Shown here: piece by piece, positions 40,700 through 51,699 of the stretch
Layout of the letters: the number at the start of each line of letters is the position of its first letter
Position numbering within the stretch: position 1 is the first letter of the stretch
NCBI GenBank assembly: GCA_001938485.1
Contig: MQRK01254919.1
Coordinates: 1-52,588 of the forward strand
Source of the DNA: Girardia tigrina
Taxonomy: Eukaryota
DNA: 52,588 nt
Direction: 5' to 3'
Program-made: the position numbers and the translations under genes
Notes under the pieces: model-generated
What the model saw: the letters and a program-made list of their open reading frames with translations, nothing else
What the model was told of the DNA's origin: nothing
The model's database searches: none

Positions 40700-41890
40700 C
40701 GATTTAATTATTATTTCGAATCTCCAGACCTAATTAACTCATAATAATTGCCCATCTCGATAATTTTCCAATATTTACAAAGATCATTTTCCACAGCTTT
40801 TTTTTCTGGCTGTAGAAAAACAAATTTTCTTTCTTGTATCAAAAATGGTTTCTTTTTTCATTCCTGAAAACTATTTTTTTTCAAACAAATAATTGAGTTA
40901 TTAAATAAAAAAAATGAAATTTTCATCTATATTCTTTGGGGTTTTTTTCCTATGTTATTTTGTCCTTTTAAATTGGAAATTAATTAAACTTTTTCTTGTA
41001 ATATTTTTTTTGTTATTTTGGTTTATTATTTTTCAGTAAGTTTAAATTATGGTTTAATTGTACATTTCGTACAATTGATAGTTCGGCCATGTATTGGGGA
41101 CGCTGCACCGACTCAGTGGGGACTACATGGGCCCAATCACCGACCAGTGACCCTGGAGTATGTTTCGCGAGAAACATTTCAAAATTAATAGTAACCTACC
41201 GGTTTCGGATGGCGTTGGGATATAGTGGGGGCCGCCATCTTGCCCGACAGCTCCGGAACGATGTCGATTCGATTTGAGGGCGATCTAGCTGAGACGCGAT
41301 GATAAAACGGAGAAATCGAATTCTTTGCCGTTGGTGCCGTCGATATGATGCGCAGATTTATCGAGACAAATATTCGATATTGTTGATGTCAATGGAGAGA
41401 AATGGCGCAACAAATTCGAGTGGATCTTCGAGATCAATAATCTCTCGAGCATTTTCTGCGACGGGCGCTCGGGCAAACTGATGTCGACGATGTAGGTTTT
41501 GGGGTCCGGTGAGTTGTCGAACAGTTTTGTGAAAAAATCGAAACAGTTTTCGATGCATAAATCTTAAAACATATATAAAGTTTTTTGGTAATGTGAACAG
41601 TTTCGGATAATAATTTGGAAATTTCTGCAATCTTTGAAGTAGAGATGAACATTTTATCAAGCGATATCTCAAACTTCTCCTGTATCCAGGTTTTAATTTT
41701 ACTTCAAATCCTTTTATTGATCTTTTTTTAAACCAATATTTAATTTGAATAAAAAATTATAATTATAACCATAATCTTAACTACAATCTTATATTTTTTT
41801 ATAGTTACAACTACAATTACAATTACTTCGGGCACCAAAAAATCGTTTCTCTTTCAATTTCTTCTTTAATCTCTTCCAGCTTTAAGAAAA
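40700..41890 (-). pseudogene. Possible multi-exon host pseudogene, product unknown
   Basis: A GC-richer island. Exon 41200-41562 joins exon 41073-41152 in frame across a 47-nt GTAGGT...CCAG intron (41153-41199). There is an in-frame TAG at 41285-41287, and further candidate exons with stops near 40700-40863 and 41600-41880. Confidence 0.4.
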
Positions 41891-43561
41891 AAACTAAAAG
41901 TACAGGTCAAAATAAACATGAATAGGCTCATACAAATTTCACACGATTAAAAGGAAATTAACGAATGATTACAAGTTAAGATGATACACCAGACACTAAA
42001 GACATAACAGGTATGAAATAAGTTATAAGGGTGTTTATACAGAATATCTTAGATTCGAGATGATTTTTCGAATCTTTGTTTAAAGAAGAACCGAAATAGA
42101 CATTATTCAAAATTTTATTAATACAACACAATAACATATTTTTCGAAAAAATTTTCTTTTGAACATACCTTATAAAGTATGAGTATGATGGATAATTTTA
42201 TGTCTTAAAGAAGTTTGTGTTCAATAAAGTTCTTAAATCATGTTGTGATGTGGATTTGTTAACGAACAGAAGATATTAAAGAGGAAAATACAAGCACATT
42301 AAACAGGGTTTCCCAATTAATGGTGCTCGCACCCTTTGGGGTGCGGTGCAGCATTCCACGGGGTGCGAGATGGTTTTTCATTTTTCCACATATTACTTTT
42401 AGTGTTAAATTTTATAATTTATCAAAAAACCTAATCTTAAGCACTTAATCCTAAAAGTTTTACATGAGAAATAAATTATAAATACTATTATAAATAAAAT
42501 TTTAGATTTACATTTTGATTAAATATTCAGACAAAATATTTTAATATTGTGACGTTATTTTAAATTATGGGGAAAAAGGAAACCACAACCTGGTATTTTA
42601 TTTATAAAGTTACTTTTTTCTAATAAACTTCATCTATATTTTTTCAGATAAAATTTTCAAATTTGAAATTAACCCTTCATCGTGTCAAAGAAAAGGAAAT
42701 AGAATGATGATTATTTGCATTTTTGTTTTACTTGCAGAGAAATAACCAAATATCTTAAAAAACACCAGTGCTTATTTTGTAATGTTGTCTTCTAAAACAA
42801 AAATTTCAAGCCATCTAAGTTGTAAGAACACTTCAACAACCGGCATAGTTGAGCAGATGTTGCAGGTCATGATGTTAAATCATTGAAAGCAAAAAAAATC
42901 CGCTTTGATTCAGGAGGAACCCTTCCAAAGTTAGGTTTTAAATCTGTTGACAAACCACTGTTGTTGGCTTCATACCACGTGGCATACAAAGTAACCAAGT
43001 CCAAGCAGCCCATACAATTGCAGAAGATGTGATAAAGCCATGTATAATATAAATGGCGCAAAATTTTCTGGGAAAAGAAGCCTGTAACAAGCTTTAAATA
43101 GTCCCGTTATCAAATAATGTTATTCAGAGCCGAATTAGTGATTTAAGTACGGGCATTTTGGACCAAATTATCGCAGATATCAAAGCTAGTCCTTTGAATA
43201 TCTCTCTCCAGTTGGATGAAACAATGTGATGTTGAAAACTGCAGTGAACTCATCGCATTCGTAAGATATGTTCATGATTGTGCTGTAAAAGAAGATTTTC
43301 TGTTCTGGGAAGATATGAATAGAACTACTAAAGAAAGAGATATATTCAAATGTGTGAAGAATTTATTTTGCAAAACATGAATTATACATGAAAATTATTG
43401 GTATTTTTGTACCGACGGGGCCCCTGATATGCTGGGAAATACTTCAGGATTTTTGGCTTATTAAAACAAATTATGCCGAACTTGCAAGGTACCAACTGAT
43501 TTCTTTATCGACATGCTTTAGAATCAAAAACACTGTCTCCAAAGTTGAAAAATGACTTTAA

Positions 43562-44848
43562 TATTAGGTTTTTTAAAAAATAATGTCGTTTTTTGAATGG
43601 TGCTGATTTTTGATCATGTTTTGAAATAAATCTTTATCATTAATTTATGTTTTGTACATAATTATAAAGCTTATGAGAAACTCAATATTTCTATGATACT
43701 TTGTTTAAATATTAACTTTAAAATAACGTGTTTATTTAAATGTTTGTCAATATGCAAAAATCGCAATTACGAGCAATTTTTTTGTATGAATTCAAACTGT
43801 GCCACAAAGCATCGGAGGTCGCCCGTATTATCAACGGTGCATTAGGCGATAGAACCACAAGCAAACGTATGTTACAACGTTGGTTCGAAAAATTTCAAGG
43901 AGATGAGACCCTCAAAGATGATGATGCCGTGGACGGACACCTGCTATTGAAAATGAAAATTTGAAGGTTCTAATAGAAGCAAATCCACACACAACAGTTT
44001 GAGAGCTTGCGGAGGAACTAGGTGTCATGATAGGAACAATTTCAAACCATCTGCGTGACATTGGGAAGTCGAAAAAAACTGGATAAATGGATTCCATACG
44101 AATTAAATGACAATCAAAAAAGGCGTTGTTTTGAGGCATCGTCTTCACTATTTCATCGGAACAAAAATGATCTGTTTCTGGACCGAATTGTAACGTGTGA
44201 TGAAAAGTGGATTCTCTACAACAATTGGAGACGTTCTTCTCAATGGTTGGACCACGATCAAGCTCCGCAGCCCTTTCCAAGGCCAAAATTGTACCAAAAA
44301 ATATAATGGTGACTGTTTGGTGGTCTGCAGTCGGTGTTATTCATCATAGCTTCTTAAATGCAGGTAAGATAATAACGGTAGAGAGATACTGCCAGGAAAT
44401 TTTCAAAATGAACCAAAAACTCCTACAACAACAACAACCAGCATTAGTCAATAGGAAGGGGCCTATTCTTCTCCACGACAACTTTCAGCCACACATCGCA
44501 CGTCTGACAATGAAATTGTTGAACGAACTTGGCTACGAAACTTTGAGTCATCCAACATACTCACCTGACATCTCGCCTACAGAGTATCACTTTTTCAAAC
44601 ATCTTGACATTTTCCTCCAGGAGAAATACTTCAAAAATCAAGGAAATTCTAAAACTGCCTTCAACGATTTCATCGCCTCCAGAAAGCAAGAATTTTATGC
44701 AACCGGAATAGATAAACTCGTTCAACGTTGGTAAAAGTGTATTGATGGTAACGGTTTTTATTTCGATAATTAAAGTTGATTCTAAGCTGAGATATTTGTC
44801 TTTAAAGATTAAGGTTAAAAATGACATTATTTTTTAAACAACCTAATA
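43562..44848 (+). mobile_element. Mariner element, full length, frameshifted, inserted in the hAT
   Basis: About 30-bp TIRs TATTAGGTT(T/G)TTTAAAAAATAATGTC. Motifs KWIPYEL, IVTCDEKWI, LLHDNFQPH, HPTYSPDISPTEYHFF and RW*KCID. Confidence 0.95.
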
Positions 44849-45477
44849 CTACTGTAAAAACCGTCAGTTTGATTAAGGATCGTGCTCTGAATCACGGCCT
44901 CTTCAAGTCACTTAGTCAAGATTTTGGAAGCGAGCGTTAAATTTTTCATAACCACATGAAAGTCTACTGTCTGTCACGAGGGAGAGCTTTAGCGTGTTTC
45001 TTCGAATTGCGAGAAGAAGTCAAAGCTTTGCTAAAGGAACGTGACTATGATCTTCTCAAAGAAATTGAATCAAAAGAATTCAACCTGATGCTAGCTTATT
45101 TGAATAACATTTTCAGTCGTATTAATGACCTGAGTATTTCTCTTAAAGGAGAAAACATAAAAATATTAAAATGTTGTAAAAAGTTAAATGGTTTCAAAGA
45201 AAAGTTACATCTCTGGTGTCGACGAGTTCTAAGAGATAATCTTTCAAATTTTCCATCACTCGAAGAAATGGTTGATGAAGAAGAGTCCCTAATTACAAGT
45301 GTATGTGAAGAAATTGTTAATCATTTGGAAAAACTATCAAAGTCATTTGATGGATGTTTTGGAGGAGAAGAACTAGTAACTTCTAAAGAATTGATAATAA
45401 ATCCTTACTAAGGAATTTAAAAAATAATGGCAATTGATATTCATTATTAAAAAGTGAACGCCATTTTTCACAATTTA

Positions 45478-45524
45478 TTTTCGTAATTAATTTCGGTGGA
45501 TTACCCGCCATCTTCAGACTAAAT
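45478..45524 (-). ncRNA. Minimal type I hammerhead ribozyme motif
   Basis: Minus strand reads CTGAAGA T GGCGG GTAAT CCACC GAAA TTAATT, with one mismatch in stem II. Confidence 0.75.
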
Positions 45525-45852
45525 TAACAACTGGCTTTTTGCAGCTTATAAATGAGAAAGGTGATTATGCAATCAATCATGTAATAAAGGCTCTATTTGA
45601 AAATGTTTAACAGAGAAGTTGAGTGTGAACCTTGGATATTAATTTTTGGATCCATGGATCTTATTAATAAGGCCTCAGACGTTACTCTCTCCCAATAATT
45701 TTTAAATCGATTAAAGAAAATTAATATTCAAAATTGATATTCAAGCTTCACACTCAACTTCTCTGTTAAACATTTTCAAATAGAGCCTTTATTACATGAT
45801 TGATTGCATAATCACCTTTATCATTTATAAGCTGCAAAAAGCCAGTGTTAAT

Positions 45853-45896
45853 GTAGTCTGAAGATGGCGGGAATCCGCCGAAATTAATTACGAAAA
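45853..45896 (+). ncRNA. Minimal type I hammerhead ribozyme motif
   Basis: CTGAAGA (45858) T GGCGG GAAT CCGCC GAAA (45880) TTAATT. Stem II is perfect and stem III is palindromic (ATTAAT). Confidence 0.8.
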
Positions 45897-46909
45897 TAAA
45901 TTGTGAAAAATGGCGTTCACTTTTTAATAAATCCTTACTCTATTAATTTGGATTATAGTTCAAATGATGAAAAGTTGAAAGACGATCTTATTGAATTGCA
46001 CACAAATCGTGTTCTTGAAATGCAGTTTGAAAATAAAACTCTGGAACAATATTGATGCTTCGTAATGAAAGTGTTTCCAAGATTTTGTGAAAAGGCACTG
46101 AATGTATTAGTTTAATATTATTTTCTTTTATTTGTGAAAATGTTTTTAATTAATAAAATATTTTAACGTTTTATTTATTATCAATATTTCAGTTTAAAAG
46201 CCTTTTATTACCTACAATTATTTTGAATACAATACAAATTTTAAATACAATTTAAATACAAAAAATAATTTACAGTATTCAAATTTTTATTATTATTACG
46301 ATACATTAATGATAAAAGTTTTTTAATTTTTTTACGAAACTGTTTAGAATTAAGTATTTGTCAAATCTTTAATTTATAGAATTTCAAACTGACTTTAAAA
46401 TTATCAGTTTTTTTTATTTACATCTCTGGTAACAAAGTTCATTATTTTATTTTTTTAGAATAACATTTAAAATTAGTACAAACATAATTATTCTTGTCTT
46501 TATATATTTCTTTTAAATCAATTATTTAAAAATCCATTATTTCCCAATTAATTTCATTTTAAATTTTTACTCTACAATTAAAATTTGATTATTTCCGAAA
46601 ATAACTTTTTAAAATTAATTAAGATTATTTTTTAATTATGATTGCTTAGAAAACTTTTGATTTTAAATATTTCCTTATTTTAGAAATTCTTTATAAATAT
46701 TAATTGTTTCAAAAATTTTAAGAGTGAGCCTGTCCTTCACAATCAATAAGAACAAAAAGAGGATTAATATTACAACAATGGAACTAGATTATTGAAGTTT
46801 ATGAAAAAAATGAAAAAAAGTTATGAAGAAGGATATTTTCCATAAGCATGAATCAGTACTAAATTTGACCTTTTTCTAATGTCAGTGTCTGAAATTTGAT
46901 TAATCAAGT

Positions 46910-48103
46910 TATTATGTCATTTCATATTGAATGTCGGATTTTATTACAAAACCAGAATACATTTTCCGAAAATATGAAGCATATTCAACCAATAGTATAT
47001 TCCCCATCATTTTCTATAACACCTTTTTACTTAGAAACGAGATTTATTATGCCATGCTTACAAAATTTCTGATCTGAAGAATCGAAAATCTCTTCTATAC
47101 CGTTTTTTAAACCATCCAGTGAATAGAATGTTTTTACTTAGATAATGTTGCATCGATTTGAATAAAGAAAAAGCAGATGGTGCAATGTCTGGACTATAGG
47201 GTAGATGGGATAAAGTTTCCCATCCATACTCCTGGATTTTGCTGTGGGTGTTCTTTGAAACGTGTGGTCATGCATTGTTTTGCTGCAAAATTATATCTTT
47301 CTTATTTGCTATTGCCGGAAGTTTAATAGAGATTTGTTCTTTCAAGCTTGTCAATTGAAAGCAATAAATATCCGAGATAACTGTTTCACCAGGTTTCAGC
47401 AGTTAAAAGTGAACAATCCCATTCATTTCTATTATATTATACATCACTTATTATATTATTATACATCACTTAGATTATTATACATCACTTACTTTTCGTC
47501 TCTGGCGACTATTCATTACTCTGTCAGGAAAGCAATGAAGCGCAGATTACTATCAGCTGAACTTTATCTTGTTCAGTAAGTTGATGTGGTACCCACACAC
47601 CAGCTCTACTGACTTTGCCTATTGCTTTAATATTGCAGAAAACTGTCACCCTGTCTATTCTTCCTGTTTTATCTGCTATCTCATCTAACGTCTCCTTCAG
47701 ATCTTCCTAAACTACATGCGAAGAGCTTCATCATCTACAGCTGATCTACGGCCTGGCCTGGGTTCATTTTAAGCTTAAATTATCTCTTCTAAATTTCGAG
47801 AACTATCTTTGGCACTTTCTCTCATCCAACGCTCCAGGATAAATCTTATTGATCCTTCTTCCTGCATGCGGAGCATTTTTTCCTTTTCGATATTCATAAA
47901 GCATGCAACGTCACAAATACTTTTCCTCAACAATTTTTATTGTCATTTCCGTATTGCTTGAGATAATTTTACGGTTCTCGTAAAAAATTAAAGAGATGCT
48001 AATTAACAAAAACGTACAAATATATGCTTCTAAATTTAGGTGATCTACAGCTAGTTACAGTCAGTACACAAAAATCCGACATCCAATATGAAATGACATA
48101 ATA
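46910..48103 (-). mobile_element. Mariner element, full span, internally decayed
   Basis: About 33-bp TIRs TATTATGTCATTTCATATTG(A/G)ATGTCGGATTTT. Motifs VWVPHQ, LQQNNA*PH and SHLPYSPDIAPS. Confidence 0.9.
47433..47491. repeat. Three-copy tandem repeat of about 20-22 bp inside the mariner
   Basis: TATTATACATCACTTA occurs three times. Confidence 0.85.
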
Positions 48104-49029
48104 ATAGATCTTTTATCATATTTCAAATATGTGTTAATTTGTCTATAATTATGAAAAATAGAATTTATACTTTAATAAATATTTACAAAAAATTAAAAAA
48201 AGAAATAATCAATAATTATATTGTATTTTTGGGCTTCAATAATGAAATTAATCATTCTTTCATAAGGAAAAGTTTGAATATTCATGTTAAAATAATTACG
48301 TATATTTCTAATTTTGATATTTATTCTTCTTTATTCTTAAATTATTTGTTAATAATTTTATTTTAAATAAAATAATATTAATTTTCAAAACTAATATAAA
48401 ATAGAAAAAATTCTTTGGTGAGTTAATCTCGATTTTAATAGCAAAGAAATTCTCTTTTTTATGATACGAAAATTTTATGACAGAAACCGAAACATAATTT
48501 TTAATTACTGAATAAATTATCTAATATTACTTTGATTAATTAAATTTATTTATTTATATTTGGGAAAACTAAATGAAATTTTAGAAATCCAATTTTCTTT
48601 CCTTTTACATTTTAAATTTCCTAACCGATTCTTCTTCTTTTGGTTGAGCAATTATTTACGGGACTTTTGTTTCTACTTTCCGGTTTATGTCAAATTTCAC
48701 ATATTTTCTTTTATAAAAAAATATTTAAATGTCTTTCGTTTTTCGTTGAATATTTCTAAATTTAATAATAATACTTTATTTTGATAAAACTTAAACAAGA
48801 TAAAATATTGAAACCAGATTTCATGGGATTCGGTTAACCCGTTTTTCAGTTCCATTCTATGAGGAATATTTTTAATAGTGTTTTTGTATGTTGTTTGGTA
48901 TGTTGTTTTAGGATTGTGTTTCTCAACCAAGATTGAAGATTGATATTTTGATTGATATATTGATATATACCGTCGGATTATTCGGACAATTTTAAAATGT
49001 AAATAACAACTTTATATTTAAACTAATAT

Positions 49030-50225
49030 ATTTTAATCAATAAATATATATTAATTTCAATGGATTAACCGTCATCTTCAGATGAACTGATTTTTTTAAA
49101 AAAGAAATGGACTTATATACTGCAGATAATGATTATGCAATCAATACGACATCAATAAATCATTAAAAACCCCTCAATAAAGTTGTCGAGAGTGCATTTT
49201 GAACGTTAATTTTAGGATCCAAAGATCTTATATATAACGCTTCACATGTCACTCTCTCCCAACAATTCTTAAATTGAGTACACAGAGTTTTTAAGTTATA
49301 GATTTTTATCTCCCCTTTACAATGTTTACTATGTCCAGTAATATTACTTCCACTTTCCTTACGATTGTGTTCCCGGATTCTCTTACAGAGATGACACAAA
49401 GTCTCTCCAATGTATGTGGGATTACACCCATTTCATTTATATTAGTAAATGAGATCCGAACACAATCCTAACGTTGTTGAAGATTTATTGCTAAACATAC
49501 GTTCGATTTTTTTGGTACGAGAAATTATTTTTAAATTTATGGTATTATTTACTGCTTTTAAAATGGAATTTTTAGATGTTTTAAAACCTTCTGAATAAGG
49601 TACGTTAAAAATATATCCATGTTCTAAACTATTTTTATTATTTTTACAAGATTGATCTTGAACATCTGTTAGTTTATTATTATTACTTTTTAATTAATTT
49701 ATCAATAGTTTCTTTCGTTAGATTATCAACTACTGATTTGGAAAATCATATATTAATTTTGTTAATTTATTGAGACTTTCATCACATCGCCTATATGTAG
49801 ATGAAAAAGCACATGAACGAAAATAAGGTATTTGATCATAATTCTACGATATTTAAATTTACAAAAACTATTTGGGGTTGTATACAACCTTTATCAGTTT
49901 TCTTTCTGTATATCTCTGTCTCATAAGAACTATTCTTTCTCTCAATTAACAAATCCAGAAACGATAATTTATTGTCATTCTCGGTCTCCATAGTGAACTT
50001 TACATTTAAATGCAAAGAAGTCATATAATTTTAAAATAGAGAGATATCATTCTCATTGTTAAAAATCAAGAAGATATATCAACATAGAGTTTATACGCAA
50101 AGGGCCTCTGACCAGAAAATAAATCGATTTTATCTTCAATACTCGAAAAAAATATCGAAGCTAAAGTGGGCGCTAATGGTGAACCCATAGCTACTCCATT
50201 AAACTGTTTGTTAAATTTATATATT
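49030..50225 (-). mobile_element. Penelope-like element remnant (RT C-terminal half + GIY-YIG + 3' end)
   Basis: QFNGVAMGSPLAPTLA, LNVKFTMETENDNKLSFLDLLI, EIYRKKT, TYIGET.CHLCKRIREH and EALYIRSLDPKINVQ. Confidence 0.92.
49035..49092 (-). ncRNA. Minimal hammerhead motif at a PLE 3' end
   Basis: Minus strand reads CTGAAGA T GACGG TTAAT CCATT GAAA TTAATA. Stem II is partly decayed, and distal AATCAGT/ATTGATT pairing is possible. Confidence 0.65.
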
Positions 50226-50306
50226 ATAATATTCCTAAATCTTGCTTATTTGTACCTTATTCTGAAGGATTTAAAAGTAATTAACAATGAATTAAATTTA
50301 AAAATA

Positions 50307-50352
<46 letters not shown>

Positions 50353-50729
50353 GTTCATCTAAAAAGTGTGTTTGTTTGTAGGTTTGTTTGCCATGCTATG
50401 AAATGTGAAATTGCGGAGGAGCCGGAGTGAATTCCCTTAATCACGTGGTCAATCCGGATAGCCCGCATCAAGACAGTTCTGTCTGTGCAGCGTCATATCC
50501 GAAAAGCGCTGGAAGCCGAATTAATTGACAGACTCTTAAATCAACACAGAATTCGAAACAATAAATAATAAATTATAATAATTGCGATTTAAAAATTAAA
50601 ACAAAAAATTTCAAAGACGAAAATTCAGCTCACCCGTCATATATGATGGGTCTTTTTCTAACCAATATTATGGTTTGGCATTGGATTCACCAGGCTGCTA
50701 GGTAACTTGCAATCATAAGTTGATTTCTT

Positions 50730-50758
50730 TGCGATATCTCGGGACCACAAAGGGTTAA
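50730..50758. mobile_element. piggyBac-like terminus
   Basis: ...GGGACCACAAAGGG|TTAA. The partner end was not found. A second TTAA|CCC terminus-like motif lies near 51586. Confidence 0.3.
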
Positions 50759-51699
50759 ATATTCATATTTTCTCTTTGTCAGTTGATTCTTTTTTCAAAG
50801 ATCAAAATAAAATACCTTCATTAGTTTGACTATTTCATCCGGGCTCATTTACGTTAGATTATTCTATATTTTTTCATTATTTTTTTCTTATTGCCCATTG
50901 TTTAATATACTTTAATGTTATAATAAAAAAATGTTTTTATTTAATATTAAAAGAAAAATTATATGTTAATAAAATACTTACACCTAATTCATTTTTTTAT
51001 TTATAAAATATATTATTACATATTATTTTATAATAAAAACTCAAGGGTTTTTATGTTTAGTAAGCGAATAAATGTCAAATTTTTCTTAATATTTTATGTA
51101 TTAGTTTATTATTGATTTTTTTAATGTACTTTTAGAATACCAAACGAAAATTTTAAATTCAAGTAAAAAAATATTATTTTTTGACTTAGGTATTTTACAG
51201 CAATTTTATACTGAAAAAAAGAAATACAGAAGAGATTTGAATAAAAACTGGAAATATGTAACATTTTAAAAAATTATATTCGATATTTAAAAAGATTGGC
51301 TCTGATTGTAACAAATATTTATTGTCTTGAATATTTTAATTGAAAAAAAATAATTATTTATTGTTACATGCGAGACCAAACTAAATAAAATTTTAAATAT
51401 AAATAAATTAGAATTTTAAATTTTATTTTTACCAAAAAAAATTTTAAATATATTACCATTATTTTAAATCAATATTTAATTGTCTTGAATGAAAGGAAAA
51501 ATTATTTTTGCTTAAATTTATTAAAAATATTTACCGATTTCACCATTAGTATCATTAGGGTAAAAAATTAAGTTATGAAATTAAATTAACCCGCAACTAC
51601 TATTAGCCGGTCAATTTGACTTTTTAACTTTTTTAAATGTATAGATAAGTGAATAATAAATGATATATATATATATATATATAATGAAAAGAAAGGCCA

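Larger units (their letters stand above)
45410..45930. mobile_element. Fold-back PLE-derived insertion (two inverted 3' ends) with target duplication
   Basis: The left arm is the reverse complement of about 31250-31556. The right arm corresponds to about 31317-31517. TAATAAATCCTTACT is duplicated at 45395-45409 and 45925-45939. Confidence 0.92.
42304..46115 (+). mobile_element. Buster/Charlie-type hAT relic (ZBED5/8-like transposase) carrying two nested insertions
   Basis: Left TIR CAGGGTTTCCCAA. Motifs KKRK*NDDYL, SLQLDET, IAFVRYVH, CTDGAPDMLG, RHAL and CLSRGRAL..FFELREEV. Reading resumes in frame after each insertion (INPY|SINLD). The right TIR was not found. Confidence 0.92.

Noticed and set aside
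41231-41242. Perfect YY1-type motif (CAAGATGGCGGC on the minus strand)
   Set aside because: It is a single short match inside a candidate exon, with no independent promoter evidence.
1116-44735. In-frame TAA/TAG where Gln would fit (GI*LDMLWDSG, SRLS*IALK, RW*KCID), suggesting stop-codon reassignment
   Set aside because: Other stops replace Trp (NY*ERV as TAG, QY*C as TGA), TAA ends ORFs normally, and frameshifts co-occur. This is ordinary C-to-T and G-to-A decay.
47433-47491. Short direct repeats as a CRISPR-like array
   Set aside because: There are no unique spacers and the context is a eukaryotic TE. It is a simple tandem duplication.
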